A stretch of DNA of 64,000 bases from Nitrospinales bacterium (GCA_965223345.1 CBDCWG010000012.1:2912001-2976000); one strand, 5' to 3'; positions 19,666 to 30,013 are shown, counted from the stretch's first letter. Program-made: numbers and translations. Notes: a model not told the origin generated them from the letters alone.

Positions 19666-22056
19666 ATGAACATACGACATTTGAACATCCCCCCGGAAGT
19701 CAAACGGGAGATCGAGGAGTTCGCCGCCGAAGTGGAACGGCGAAACCGCGGCGAGGTTCCGGAGGAGGAGTTCAAGCGATTCCGCCTGCAACAGGGAATT
19801 TACGGCCAGCGTCAGGACGAGGAGCAGATGGTGCGGACCAAGCTGCCGCAGGGACGCATGACGGCGGACCAGCTCGCCTGTCTGGCCGATTTTGGAGAAA
19901 AGTACTCGCACGGCATCCTGCACGTGACCACGCGGCAGGACATCCAGTTCCATTACGTCAAGCTCAACGACGTGCCGCAGGGTCTTCAGATCCTGGCGGA
20001 CCACGGCATCACCACGCGCGAAGCCTGCGGCAACACGGTGCGCAACGTCACCGGCTGTCACAAGGCCGGGACCTGCAAAGAGGAAGCGTTCGACATCGCG
20101 CCCTACGGCCAGGCGATCACCAATTTTCTGCTGCGCCAGCCGCTGACCCAGAACCTGCCGCGCAAATTCAAGATCAGCCTGGGCGGCTGTGCGGGCTGCG
20201 GTCTCGCGCCGATCCACGACATCGGACTGAAAGCGCAGATCCGCGAAATCGACGGCAAACCGGTGCGCGGCTTCAAGGTGCTGTGGGGCGGCGGGCTCGG
20301 TTCGTTCCCGCACGCAGCGAAACCGCTGAAGGATTTCGTGCCGGTGGACGACATGCTGCGCGTGTGCGAGGCCATCATTCAGGTTTTCGACAAGTACGGC
20401 GACAAGAAAAACCGCAACAAGGCGCGGTTCAAGTTCGTGATCGATAAGCTGGGTCAGGAGAAGACGAAAGAACTGTTCGAAGAGGAATACGCGGCGCTCG
20501 CCGGCAAGCAGTACCCCTCCATCGAGGTTCCCAAGCCGTCGATTCCGGAAATCCCGAAATACACAGCGAACACGGAATTCGACGCGGACCCGGAATTTCT
20601 CACCTGGAAAGAACGCAACACCTCTGCGCAGAAGCAGGACGGGTTTTTCAACGTACAGATCAAGCTGCTTCTGGGTGACTTTGACGTGCCGCAGGCGCGG
20701 GCGATCAGCAACATCGCCGCGAATTACGCCGGCGGGACCCTCGTCTGCACCGTGAACCAGAACCTGATGATCCCCTGGGTGAAGGAAGACGCGTTCGGCG
20801 CGGTTTACGGGGAACTGAAAAAAATCGGCCTGCACAAGGCGGGCACCGAGGAGATCCGCGACATCACCTGCTGTCCCGGTTCGGAGACCTGCAACCTCGG
20901 CATCACCGCGTCGCGCGGGCTGGCGACGGAACTCAACACGAAAATGGAAAACGGCTTCCCGCGCGCGGAGGAGCTCAAGCACATGTCCATCAAGGCCAGC
21001 GGCTGCCCCAACTCCTGCGGCCAGCACCACATCGCCTCGATCGGCTTTCACGGCGGCGCGAAGAAGGTCAACGGCATCCTGACGCCGCATTACGAGATCT
21101 TCCTCGGCGGCCGGGTGGACGAGGACAACGTCATCTTCGGCACGCCCGTCATCAAGATCCCGGCGAAAAACGGGCCGGACGTGGTGCGCACCACCCTCGA
21201 CGATTTCAAGGCGCAAAAGCAGGACGGCGAGACCTTCGGCGAGTACTTCGACCGCAAGGGCAAGGCGTATTTCAAGGAACTGCTCACCCCGCTGATCGGC
21301 CTGCCTGCGATCGAGGAAGCGCCGGAGGCCTACATCGATTACGGCAGCACCGAGAAATTCTCGCTGGAAGACCGCGGTCAGGGCGAATGCGCCGGCGCAC
21401 TCACGGACATGATTCAGACCCATCTCTCGGAATCGGACCGCGCCATTTTCCAGGGCCGGCTTTCCTGGGAGAAGGACGACTTCGCCGATGCGGACCAGAA
21501 AGCCCGGCGGGCGCTGGTGGCCTGCGCGCGGGCCCTGCTGGTGACGGAAGGCATGGATTTCGACGACGACGGCGAATGCCTGCGCAAATTCCAGTCGCTG
21601 ATCGTGGACATGGAGATCGTCTCGATGCAGTACGCCGACCTGATCGACCATTATTTCGACCAGACCGCCGCACCGGACAAAGAAAATACCGACCGGTGGC
21701 TCAAGGCAACCCAGGGCCTGACCGATGAGTGCAAACAGGTCTACAACAAATTGCAGACCGACAAATCCCTGCGCATCCGCGTCGGCAACACCGGCAAGGA
21801 CGGCGAATCGAAGCCGGCCGCGGGCGGCGAAGCGGAACGCAGCAAGATCGATCTGCTCGGGGTCAAGTGCCCGTTCAATTACGTGAAGACCAAACTGAAA
21901 CTGGAGACCATGCAGGCGGGAAACACGCTGGAGGTGCTGCTGGATGAAGGTGAACCGGCGGAAAACGTTCCCCGCAGCATCCAGAACGACGGCCACAAGC
22001 TGTTGTCTCTGGAAAAGGAAAACGGTCATTTCAAGATGGTCATTGAAAAGGCATGA
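19666..22056 (+). CDS. Ferredoxin-type siroheme sulfite/nitrite reductase with HEPN-like helical domain and C-terminal TusA-like sulfur carrier
   Basis: RLQQGIYGQRQ, TTRQDIQFH, TREACGNTVRN, LPRKFK, CCPGSETCNLG, SGCPNSCGQH; C-terminal IDLLGVKCPFNYVKTKLKLE. ATG at 19666 preferred over 19567. Confidence 0.93.
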   Translation: MNIRHLNIPPEVKREIEEFAAEVERRNRGEVPEEEFKRFRLQQGIYGQRQDEEQMVRTKLPQGRMTADQLACLADFGEKYSHGILHVTTRQDIQFHYVKLNDVPQGLQILADHGITTREACGNTVRNVTGCHKAGTCKEEAFDIAPYGQAITNFLLRQPLTQNLPRKFKISLGGCAGCGLAPIHDIGLKAQIREIDGKPVRGFKVLWGGGLGSFPHAAKPLKDFVPVDDMLRVCEAIIQVFDKYGDKKNRNKARFKFVIDKLGQEKTKELFEEEYAALAGKQYPSIEVPKPSIPEIPKYTANTEFDADPEFLTWKERNTSAQKQDGFFNVQIKLLLGDFDVPQARAISNIAANYAGGTLVCTVNQNLMIPWVKEDAFGAVYGELKKIGLHKAGTEEIRDITCCPGSETCNLGITASRGLATELNTKMENGFPRAEELKHMSIKASGCPNSCGQHHIASIGFHGGAKKVNGILTPHYEIFLGGRVDEDNVIFGTPVIKIPAKNGPDVVRTTLDDFKAQKQDGETFGEYFDRKGKAYFKELLTPLIGLPAIEEAPEAYIDYGSTEKFSLEDRGQGECAGALTDMIQTHLSESDRAIFQGRLSWEKDDFADADQKARRALVACARALLVTEGMDFDDDGECLRKFQSLIVDMEIVSMQYADLIDHYFDQTAAPDKENTDRWLKATQGLTDECKQVYNKLQTDKSLRIRVGNTGKDGESKPAAGGEAERSKIDLLGVKCPFNYVKTKLKLETMQAGNTLEVLLDEGEPAENVPRSIQNDGHKLLSLEKENGHFKMVIEKA

Positions 22057-22167
22057 GGCGTGGTCTCCATTGGGTTGCGGATCGGGTGGATGCGAAACGC
22101 TCAGGCGGGTTTCACGGGGGCAGGAAATCGGAACAGCCATGAAAAATTCGACTCGTTTTGAGGGCGC

Positions 22168-23049
22168 ATGCTGACCAGCATGACCGGTTTCGGCCGGTAT
22201 GAAAGCACCCGCGGCGAAACCCTCTGCAAAGCGGAAATCCGGTCGGTCAACAACCGATACATCGAAATCAACACCCGCATTCCCAAAAATCTTTTCGGCC
22301 TGGAAACCGTCCTCAAGAAACGGGTCAAGGACCGCTGTGCGCGCGGCTCGTTCGATCTCAGCATCACGCTCGAGAGAAGCAACAGCAACGGGAGCGATCT
22401 GGCGATCCAGCCCAACCTCGATGTGGCGAAGCAGTACGTCGAGGCCTACCGGCAAATTCAAAAGCAACTGAACCTGGTGGGCGAGATCGACATCAATTCC
22501 ATTCTCGGCGTCAAGGATGTGCTCAAGGTGGAAGCCGCGGAGGTCGATCCTTCCTGTGAAGAGTTGATCCTCGAAACGGTGGACGCCGCGCTCACCGCGC
22601 TCATCGGGATGCGCAAGGACGAAGGCCGCCACCTGGAAACGGACATCCTGAGCCGGCTGGACGCTATCGAGGAGCAGGCGGAACGGGTGCGGGCGCTGCA
22701 GCCGGAATTGATCCAGGGCTACAAGGAACGGCTGCAGGAACGGATTCAGGCGCTGAACGGCAACGCGGAGGTCGATGAAGTCCGGCTGGCGCAGGAGATC
22801 GCGATCCTGGCCGACCGCAGCGACGTGACGGAAGAAGTCATCCGGCTGGAAAGCCACCTCAACCAGTTCCGCGGGCTCACGCAAAAGGACGAGCCCACGG
22901 GGAGAAAGCTGGAGTTCATCACCCAGGAGATCAACCGGGAGACCAACACCATCGGCTCCAAGTCGATCGACAAGCGGGTGACGCAGGCGGTGATCGAAAT
23001 CAAGGGAGAGCTGGAAAAGATCCGCGAGCAGTTGCAGAACATCGAATGA
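22168..23049 (+). CDS. yicC: YicC/YloC family endoribonuclease
   Basis: SMTGFGR, EIRSVN.RY, DVTEE..RL.SH, GRKLEF..QEINRETNTIGSK, EKIREQ.QNIE. Confidence 0.95.
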   Translation: MLTSMTGFGRYESTRGETLCKAEIRSVNNRYIEINTRIPKNLFGLETVLKKRVKDRCARGSFDLSITLERSNSNGSDLAIQPNLDVAKQYVEAYRQIQKQLNLVGEIDINSILGVKDVLKVEAAEVDPSCEELILETVDAALTALIGMRKDEGRHLETDILSRLDAIEEQAERVRALQPELIQGYKERLQERIQALNGNAEVDEVRLAQEIAILADRSDVTEEVIRLESHLNQFRGLTQKDEPTGRKLEFITQEINRETNTIGSKSIDKRVTQAVIEIKGELEKIREQLQNIE

Positions 23050-23136
23050 CCTGGGCTTTGAACTGACAAGGACGGCAGCCGGCAGACTGCGAATCGCCCG
23101 CCGGACGCCTCCCCCCTCCCCTTCGGACTTGTAACC

Positions 23137-23766
23137 ATGAACGCCAACGGGATCGCTTTCATCGTATCCGCGCCGTCGGGAACCGGCAAGACCACGATCT
23201 GCCACCGGCTGCGGGAGAAGCTGCCCCAGCTTGAGATCGCGGTCTCCCACACCACCCGCTCGCCGCGCGAAGGGGAAGCGAACGGCCGGGATTACCATTT
23301 CGTCAGCGAGGCGGAGTTTGCGGCGATGATCGAGCGGGGCGCGTTCCTGGAATACGCGCAGATCTGCGGTCATCATTACGGCACCGCGCTGGATTCGGTG
23401 AGCGAGCGGCTGGAGAAAGGCAAGGATCTGATCCTGGAGCTGGACGTGCAGGGGGCCGCAACGCTGCGCAAGAAAAAGTATCCCGGCGTGTATCTCTTCA
23501 TCCTGCCGCCCTCGCTCAAGGAGCTGGAAGCGCGGCTCAAGGGGCGCGGCACCGAAACAGAGGACTCGATCCGCAAGCGGCTGGAGACGGGCAAGGAAGA
23601 GATCAAGCAATACACCCTGTACGATTACGTGGTGATCAACGGCGATCTGGATGTAGCGGTGGAAAACGTTCTCAGCATCTTCAACGCGGAACGGTTTCGC
23701 ACCGGCCGCTTCGTGGCCCCGGCCGAAGACATCCGGACTCTGCTGAAAGCGAAAGTGAACGCCTGA
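23137..23766 (+). CDS. gmk: Guanylate kinase
   Basis: SAPSGTGKTT, SHTTR.PR.GE..G.DYHF, YGT, DVQGA, FILPPS. Confidence 0.97.
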   Translation: MNANGIAFIVSAPSGTGKTTICHRLREKLPQLEIAVSHTTRSPREGEANGRDYHFVSEAEFAAMIERGAFLEYAQICGHHYGTALDSVSERLEKGKDLILELDVQGAATLRKKKYPGVYLFILPPSLKELEARLKGRGTETEDSIRKRLETGKEEIKQYTLYDYVVINGDLDVAVENVLSIFNAERFRTGRFVAPAEDIRTLLKAKVNA

Positions 23767-24830
23767 TGGCAAACGTCGATCTCATGAACCTGGTGCGCGG
23801 CAAGATCAAATCGCTCAACGCCTATCACGTCGAAAACAGCGATTGCGCGGTCAAGCTGCACGCCAACGAGAACCCGTTCGCGCCGCCGGAGGAACTGCTC
23901 AAACGGTTCAAGGAAGTGGATTTCAAGCTCAACCGCTACCCGGACCCGGACAGCCAGGTGCTCAAACAGGCGATCTCGAACAGGATCCAGGTGGCCCCGG
24001 AAACCCTGGTGATCGGCAACGGTTCGGACGAGTTGATCCAGCTCATCCTGCAGGTCTTCTGCGACGCGGGCGACGCGTTCGCATTTTCCGACCCGACGTT
24101 CGCCATGTATTCGATCATCGGCCGCGGCATGGGGCTTTCCCCCATTGCCGTCGATCTGGATGCGGACTGGAACCTGAACGCGGCGGAATTTCTGAACGCG
24201 ACGCAAGCCCACGAGCCGCGGGTGATCCTGGTGAGCTACCCGAACAACCCGACCGGAAACTGCTATTCGGAAAAAGAGATCCGCACTCTCATCGAAACGT
24301 TTCCGGGCATCGTCGTGCTGGACGAAGCGTATTACGACTTTTCACGCAAAAGTTTTCTCAAAGACATCGCGCAGCACAACAACCTCATCATCCTGCGCAG
24401 CCTCTCGAAAATCGGGCTGGCGGGGTTGCGCGTGGGCTACGGGATCGCCGATCCGGTGATCATCGAACAGATAAACAAAGTCCGGCTTCCCTACAACTCC
24501 AACATCATTTCGCAGACGCTGGCGGCCGGGCTTCTGGAAAACTTTTCGCCGGTGCAGGAGCAGATCGACGTCATCCTGAAGGAACGCGACCGGCTGGCGG
24601 AGGCGCTGCAGGCGCTGTCCGGGATCCAGGTGTTTCCCTCGGATTCCAATTTCATCCTGCTGCGCATTCCGGGCTCCGGGGAAACGGTCTTCCGCGGCCT
24701 GATGGGCAAAGGCATTCTGATCCGCAACCTGAACGCACATCCGAAACTGAAAGACTGTTTGCGCGTCACCGTGGGGACGCGTGAAGAAAACGACCTGTTT
24801 CTCGAGCAGATGAAATCGTTCGCGCATTGA
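23766..24830 (+). CDS. hisC: Histidinol-phosphate aminotransferase
   Basis: KLHANENP, NRYPD, GNGSDELI, PNNPTG, DEAY, RSLSK.GLAGLRVGY; TGATG overlap with gmk. Confidence 0.95.
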   Translation: MANVDLMNLVRGKIKSLNAYHVENSDCAVKLHANENPFAPPEELLKRFKEVDFKLNRYPDPDSQVLKQAISNRIQVAPETLVIGNGSDELIQLILQVFCDAGDAFAFSDPTFAMYSIIGRGMGLSPIAVDLDADWNLNAAEFLNATQAHEPRVILVSYPNNPTGNCYSEKEIRTLIETFPGIVVLDEAYYDFSRKSFLKDIAQHNNLIILRSLSKIGLAGLRVGYGIADPVIIEQINKVRLPYNSNIISQTLAAGLLENFSPVQEQIDVILKERDRLAEALQALSGIQVFPSDSNFILLRIPGSGETVFRGLMGKGILIRNLNAHPKLKDCLRVTVGTREENDLFLEQMKSFAH

Positions 24831-24858
24831 CTGGCGCTTTGTTGTAAGATCGCACCGC

Positions 24859-25878
24859 ATGAGCAAAAAACGCAAACTCATACTGTCGCTGTTCGCGCTG
24901 GCTCTGGTATCGAGCTGGGTCCTCGGAGGCTACTTCTTTTATCTGGCAACGCACCCGGTGAGCGAGGACGAGCGCCTGCTCAGGCTCGAAATCACACCGG
25001 GCATGACCCTCAAGCAGACTTCGGATCTTCTGGCCGAGCGGCACCTGATCCGCAGCGCTTCGACGTTCCGCATCCTCGCGCACCTCAGGGACAAGCACAA
25101 CCAGATCCAGGTCGGGGAATACGCAATCTCTCCCTCGATGGTTCCGGGAGAGATCCTGAGCAAGATCACTTCCGGCAAAACCGTGCTGCACCCGGTGACG
25201 ATCCCGGAAGGGTTCCGCATCACCGAGATCGCCGCGCTGCTCGCCGACCGCGGGCTGGTGGACGCGGACGCCTTCATCAAGCAGACGCAGGATCCACGCT
25301 GGCAACAGGAATTGGACATCCCGGCGGACTCGCTGGAAGGCTACCTGTTTCCGGAAACCTACCACTTCAGCAAATACACCACCGAAGAGCAGATCGTGCG
25401 CACCATGCTGGAGACCTTCCAGACCCAGGGCGCGCCCCAGGAATTCCGCAAGCGTGCGAAAGAACTCAAGCTCACGTATCACGAAGTCGTCACCCTGGCT
25501 TCCCTGATCGAAAAGGAAACCGGGGTGGATGAAGAACGCAAGCTGATCTCGTCGGTGTTCCACAACCGGCTGCAGAAAAACATGAAACTGCAGACCGACC
25601 CGACGGTCATTTACGCGATCCGCAATTTCGACGGCAACATCCGCAAGAAGGACCTCAGCATCGATTCGCCCTACAACACCTACCGGTATTTCGGGCTGCC
25701 GCCCGGCCCCATCGCCAGCCCCGGCAAGCAGTCGATCGAGGCGGCGCTGTATCCCGATGAAACCGATTTCCTGTATTTCGTTTCCCGCCAAGACGGCAGC
25801 CACCAGTTTTCATCCAACCTCGCGGACCACAACGCGGCGGTGGCAAAATACCAACTCCGGCGCGTAAAAAAGCTATAA
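24859..25878 (+). CDS. mltG: Endolytic transglycosylase MltG
   Basis: TIPEG, LEGYLFPETY, LASLIEKE, VFHNRL, LQTDPTV, SPYNTY...GLPPGPI. Confidence 0.96.
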   Translation: MSKKRKLILSLFALALVSSWVLGGYFFYLATHPVSEDERLLRLEITPGMTLKQTSDLLAERHLIRSASTFRILAHLRDKHNQIQVGEYAISPSMVPGEILSKITSGKTVLHPVTIPEGFRITEIAALLADRGLVDADAFIKQTQDPRWQQELDIPADSLEGYLFPETYHFSKYTTEEQIVRTMLETFQTQGAPQEFRKRAKELKLTYHEVVTLASLIEKETGVDEERKLISSVFHNRLQKNMKLQTDPTVIYAIRNFDGNIRKKDLSIDSPYNTYRYFGLPPGPIASPGKQSIEAALYPDETDFLYFVSRQDGSHQFSSNLADHNAAVAKYQLRRVKKL

Positions 25879-25965
25879 TAGGAGGATAGACCCGCCCAAA
25901 CCCGGCGAAACGGCAAAGGCCGCTCTGTGCGTTGCCGTTCGCCCTGTCATCTGCAAGGAGGGCAT

Positions 25966-26094
25966 ATGGCTTATTCAAAGAAAGTGCAATCCAGAAGGGA
26001 ACATCCGGGCTGGAACGTGTTTGTCCACACGGGCATGATTCTCAAAGTGCTCACGGCTCTCGCGATGATCGGAGCGCTCTGGTATTTCAAATGA
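25966..26094 (+). CDS. Small single-TM protein (42 aa), below the ORF-track cutoff
   Basis: AAGGAGG RBS, then MAYSKKVQSRREHPGWNVFVHTGMILKVLTALAMIGALWYFK*. Confidence 0.65.
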   Translation: MAYSKKVQSRREHPGWNVFVHTGMILKVLTALAMIGALWYFK

Positions 26095-26119
26095 GTGCGT
26101 TTGCGAGAAGCGGAGGATT

Positions 26120-27064
26120 TCAGCCCTCCAGGTACTTCACCATCCGGTAGACCAGTTCGTTGCAGGGCACCTCGATGCCCAGCGCGCGGGCCTGCCGCAC
26201 CACGATGCCGTTCATGGCGTCCACCTCGGTGGGCTTGCCCGCCTGGATGTCCTGCAGCATGGACGATTCGTGCTGATAGGTCGCGGGCAGCAGCTTTTCG
26301 TAAAACGCCGCCAGATACAGCTCGGGACACTCCCAGTGCGTCGAATGGCCGGAGGGGATCATGACCTTGAACACTTCTTCGACGATGCCGTTCATGATTC
26401 CGCGGGTGTGCTCGGACTCTCCCAGCTTGCCGTAGGACACGCCGAGGACCGCACCGAGTCCGTTGAGGGCGCAGTTGTAAAGCATCTTGGCCCAGAGGTC
26501 CTTGCCGATGTCGGGCGTGGTGATACAGGGCAGACCGCCTGCATTGATGGCTTCGGCCAGGGGTTCGAGGATCAGGGGATCCTCCCCGTAGAGGCTGCCG
26601 AGGTGCATCGCTTCGGCGTGGACGGTGACATCGACCTGGTTTTTCACCGGCCGGCGAAAACCGGTGATGACGCGGGCGCTGGCGATCTGCTCTCGCGGGA
26701 AACGCTGGGCGAAGGGTTCGGCGTTGCCCCAGCCGTTCTGGCAAAGAACGATGGGACCCTGAAAATTTTTGATCCAGGGCCAGGCGGCGATGTCCATCGC
26801 GGCCTCAATCGTGTCCTGCGACTTGGTGCAGACCAGGATGTAACCGCAATCGGAGCGGGGCAGATCCTGCAGGCGCGTGAAACTGTAAAATGCCGACGGT
26901 TCGGCGTGAAACTCGCCGAAGAATCCGGTGCGGTGCAGTCCTTCCCGGCGCAGCGCGCGCACGGTGTCTTCCCGGCCTACCAGAGTCACTTCGGTTTTCG
27001 ACTGCAACAAAAAACTGGCGAGCCCCAGACCCACCGCACCCGCTCCGTAAATCATGACATGCAT
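26120..27064 (-). CDS. panE: 2-dehydropantoate 2-reductase (PanE/ApbA)
   Basis: IYGAGAVG, LVCTKS, QNG, WAK...N..LN, SSMLQD...G..TEVD..NG. Confidence 0.93.
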   Translation of the reverse strand: MHVMIYGAGAVGLGLASFLLQSKTEVTLVGREDTVRALRREGLHRTGFFGEFHAEPSAFYSFTRLQDLPRSDCGYILVCTKSQDTIEAAMDIAAWPWIKNFQGPIVLCQNGWGNAEPFAQRFPREQIASARVITGFRRPVKNQVDVTVHAEAMHLGSLYGEDPLILEPLAEAINAGGLPCITTPDIGKDLWAKMLYNCALNGLGAVLGVSYGKLGESEHTRGIMNGIVEEVFKVMIPSGHSTHWECPELYLAAFYEKLLPATYQHESSMLQDIQAGKPTEVDAMNGIVVRQARALGIEVPCNELVYRMVKYLEG

Positions 27065-27258
27065 CGAGCCCCTCCCAACTGATGAATATCACAGGAGAAA
27101 ACAAAATTCGCCCCTTGTGAAACGTTTCGAAAGATGAGAGGATCATAATACAAGTGAGCCGCTGTGTGAGTGAAAAATACGCGGCCGGTACTTTTTTTCT
27201 GCGGCGGGCTTCGCGGCTTGGCCCCTCCCCTCCGCACAGTAAAAAGGGAGACATTGTA

Positions 27259-27813
27259 ATGACACAACAAACCGCTCAACCACAAAATTACAACCACACC
27301 GACTGGTTGAAACATATTTCCGCCCTGTTCGGGGAAGTACGCGCGTTCGCCAAGGAAGCCGGCGCCCTGATCAAGGAATCCTCGAAGAAATTCTTCAACC
27401 GGGCGATGACAGAGATTCGTTTTTTCATCTCCAAGTCCACCATGCTGGACTACCTCGGCGGAGGGATCACCGCCGCCATCGGCTTCATGGCCACTCTGGT
27501 TTTCCTCTCCGGCTTCGGCCTGATCGGCTACCAGATTTTTCTCTGGCTGAAAGACGGGACCTGGACGGAGTTTCCGCTGTTCGTCGTGTTCAACTTTCTG
27601 TTCGAGAACACCGCCCTGCACAGCTGGATGCAGAACCCGGAATCCTGGTACGGCCTGCAGAAGGTCGGCTCCTGGTTCCTGGAAAACATTCCGCTTTCCC
27701 TGGCGCTCATCGTGCCCGGCTTCACGGTTGCCTGCGCCATGTGGGCGATCGCCATTGCGGCCATCTGCATCCGTTACTACCAGTTCAAACGCGTTGAAAA
27801 AGAAAGTCTGTGA
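27259..27813 (+). CDS. Hypothetical membrane protein
   Basis: GGGAG RBS before ATG 27259; 2-3 TM segments (YQIFLWLKDGTW). Confidence 0.78.
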   Translation: MTQQTAQPQNYNHTDWLKHISALFGEVRAFAKEAGALIKESSKKFFNRAMTEIRFFISKSTMLDYLGGGITAAIGFMATLVFLSGFGLIGYQIFLWLKDGTWTEFPLFVVFNFLFENTALHSWMQNPESWYGLQKVGSWFLENIPLSLALIVPGFTVACAMWAIAIAAICIRYYQFKRVEKESL

Positions 27814-27870
27814 GGATACCGCGTCCTCTTTCCTGAAAACGAGCGCCGCATTCCGGTTGGGAGGCCTGGC

Positions 27871-28800
27871 ATGAGCATACTGGTGACCGGAGGTGCGGGT
27901 TTCATCGGCTCGCACATTGTGGACGCGTACGTGGAAGCCGGCCACCGGGTGGTGGTGATCGACGACCTGTCTTCCGGCAAACGCGAGCAGGTGCATCCGA
28001 AAGCGGCGTTTCACGAGATGGACATTCTCAGTCCGGACGTGGAGCGGGTGCTCGCCGAGGAAAACATCGAAATCGTCAACCACCACGCCGCGCAGATTTC
28101 GGTGACGGCGTCGGTGTCCGATCCGGAACGGGATGCGCGGGTCAACATCCTGGGCAGCCTCAACCTGTTGCGCCACGCGGCGGCCCGCGGCGTGAAGAAA
28201 TTCATCTTCGCGTCCACAGGCGGCGCGCTGTACGGGATGCAGGAACGCTATCCGGCCGATGAAAACCATCCCGTCCGGCCGATCAGCCCCTACGGCATCT
28301 CAAAATACTGTGTGGAAAACTATCTGGCTTTTTTCCACGCCACGCACGGCCTCACTCCCATCATCCTGCGCTACAGCAACGTCTTCGGCCCCAGGCAGGA
28401 CCCGCACGGGGAAGCGGGGGTGGTGGCGATCTTTTCCGACCGTTTTTTAAACGACACCGCACCCACCATCTTCGGGGACGGCAAGCAGACCCGCGACTTC
28501 ATTTCCGTGTTCGACGTGGTTCGGGCCAACGTGCGGGCGCTGTCCTGCCCCCTCACCGGGGCGCACCACATCAGTACCGGCAAGGAAACCTCGGTCAACG
28601 AGCTGTGCGCGCAGTTCAACAAGCTGACCGGGAAAAACCTCACGCCGCGCCACGAACCGGCCCGTCCGGGAGAGGTGGACCGCAGCGTGCTGGACGCCGG
28701 CAGATTCCGGAAGGCCGCCGGCTGGCAGGCCGAGGACACGCTGGAATCCGGGCTGAAAAAGACCTACGAGTATTTTTTCGAGAAAGCCGCCGCCTCCTGA
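27871..28800 (+). CDS. NAD-dependent epimerase/dehydratase (UDP-glucose 4-epimerase-like)
   Basis: LVTGGAGFIGSH, H.AAQ, SPYGISK, LRYSNVFGPRQ, GDGKQTRDF. Confidence 0.95.
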   Translation: MSILVTGGAGFIGSHIVDAYVEAGHRVVVIDDLSSGKREQVHPKAAFHEMDILSPDVERVLAEENIEIVNHHAAQISVTASVSDPERDARVNILGSLNLLRHAAARGVKKFIFASTGGALYGMQERYPADENHPVRPISPYGISKYCVENYLAFFHATHGLTPIILRYSNVFGPRQDPHGEAGVVAIFSDRFLNDTAPTIFGDGKQTRDFISVFDVVRANVRALSCPLTGAHHISTGKETSVNELCAQFNKLTGKNLTPRHEPARPGEVDRSVLDAGRFRKAAGWQAEDTLESGLKKTYEYFFEKAAAS

Positions 28801-29052
28801 CTCCCCCTCGCCTTTCCTCACCCATCCTCTGAAAAACCGCTTCTTTTTGCCACCCCACCCCGCACGTTTTGCAACGCCATGCCGAAATCACAAAAACCCT
28901 TGTAAAATCGCAATTTATGCAATAATCGCTGAGAAAGCGGGTTCGTGACCCATTCGTGACCGACTCCCAACCTGACCGCAACATATTGAATTTATACTGG
29001 TTTCATAGTCCAGACGGGACTTACCGGATCAAACGTGCGAAAGGAGGCGGAT

Positions 29053-29322
29053 ATGGATTATTGGACTGCAGATATGACGATGGGGATCGTCCTGTTCCTG
29101 GTGGGTGTGGTGATTCTGAACGCCTGCAGCTGGATCGAAATCCTCAATCACAAGAAGATGAAGGATCTGCGCAGGCTCTCTCTGTATGGCCGGCGCCGGT
29201 TCGATAGCATGGCCACGGTGCCGCAGACCCTGCGCAGCACGCTGCTGACCCTGACGGGCAGCGCGGTATCTTTGACCGGACTGATCATGCTGTTCCAGTC
29301 CATCAACTGGACCGACTTTTAA
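29053..29322 (+). CDS. Small two-TM hypothetical protein
   Basis: AAGGAGG RBS before ATG 29053; two hydrophobic helices. Confidence 0.75.
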   Translation: MDYWTADMTMGIVLFLVGVVILNACSWIEILNHKKMKDLRRLSLYGRRRFDSMATVPQTLRSTLLTLTGSAVSLTGLIMLFQSINWTDF

Positions 29323-29347
29323 GCGCGACCCGTTCTTTGCCTGCGCT

Positions 29348-30013
29348 TTAAAAGGCGAAGCGCAAGCCGACTTCAAAGTTGTGGACGCCGGTCAGCGTCG
29401 TGACCTGCCGGTACGCGGAATCCTGGGTGCCCAGGTAACGATACCCCAGCCCCAGATCCAGGTTTTCGCTCAGGGTGGAGGTCACCCCCATCAATCCCTG
29501 ATACGCCAGCCAGTGGTCGTAGCCGTCCCGCAGCCCCTGCACACTGCCGCCAAAACGCTTCAACGTCCCTTGTTGCCAGGCAACGCCCAGTCCGAAACCG
29601 ATATACGGCGTGAACAGCGAATTCGTGCGGATGTCGTAAAGCGTGTTGACGACCAGCGACCGCGTGTCCCAGATGCGCGCCGTTTCTTCCGCAAAACCGT
29701 CCCCGCCCAAGGGGCCGGAAAACCTTCGCTCCTGAAAAGAGGCTGGATCGGGGGGATGGATGCCGGAATTGAACTTTAAATCGAAGGTATCTCCCAATCC
29801 AAACCCGTGGCCCGATTGCAGTTCCATACGGGTGCGGGTCTCAAAACTGCTGACCTCCTCGAACAGGCGAACCCAAGACGGGTCGGGCTTCCAATAGTCC
29901 CGACTGAAAAGGCTCCAAACTGAAGGTTCCGTCCCGCTGGGCGAGTTTTCGGCCCATGCGGTGCTGGAAAAAAATAAGAGGATGCAAGTGACAGTGACGA
30001 TTCTGGAAACCAT
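29348..30013 (-). CDS. Outer-membrane beta-barrel protein (opacity/OmpA-like)
   Basis: Signal peptide; N.LYD, TPYIGFGLG, AYQGLMG, LGYRY, terminal VGLRFAF. Confidence 0.85.
   Translation of the reverse strand: MVSRIVTVTCILLFFSSTAWAENSPSGTEPSVWSLFSRDYWKPDPSWVRLFEEVSSFETRTRMELQSGHGFGLGDTFDLKFNSGIHPPDPASFQERRFSGPLGGDGFAEETARIWDTRSLVVNTLYDIRTNSLFTPYIGFGLGVAWQQGTLKRFGGSVQGLRDGYDHWLAYQGLMGVTSTLSENLDLGLGYRYLGTQDSAYRQVTTLTGVHNFEVGLRFAF

Noticed and set aside
19645..23772. 1375-aa minus-strand ORF, and similar long ORFs at 3333-5678 and 41825-44875
   Set aside because: Antisense shadows of well-supported genes; expected in GC-rich DNA, with no recognisable motifs.
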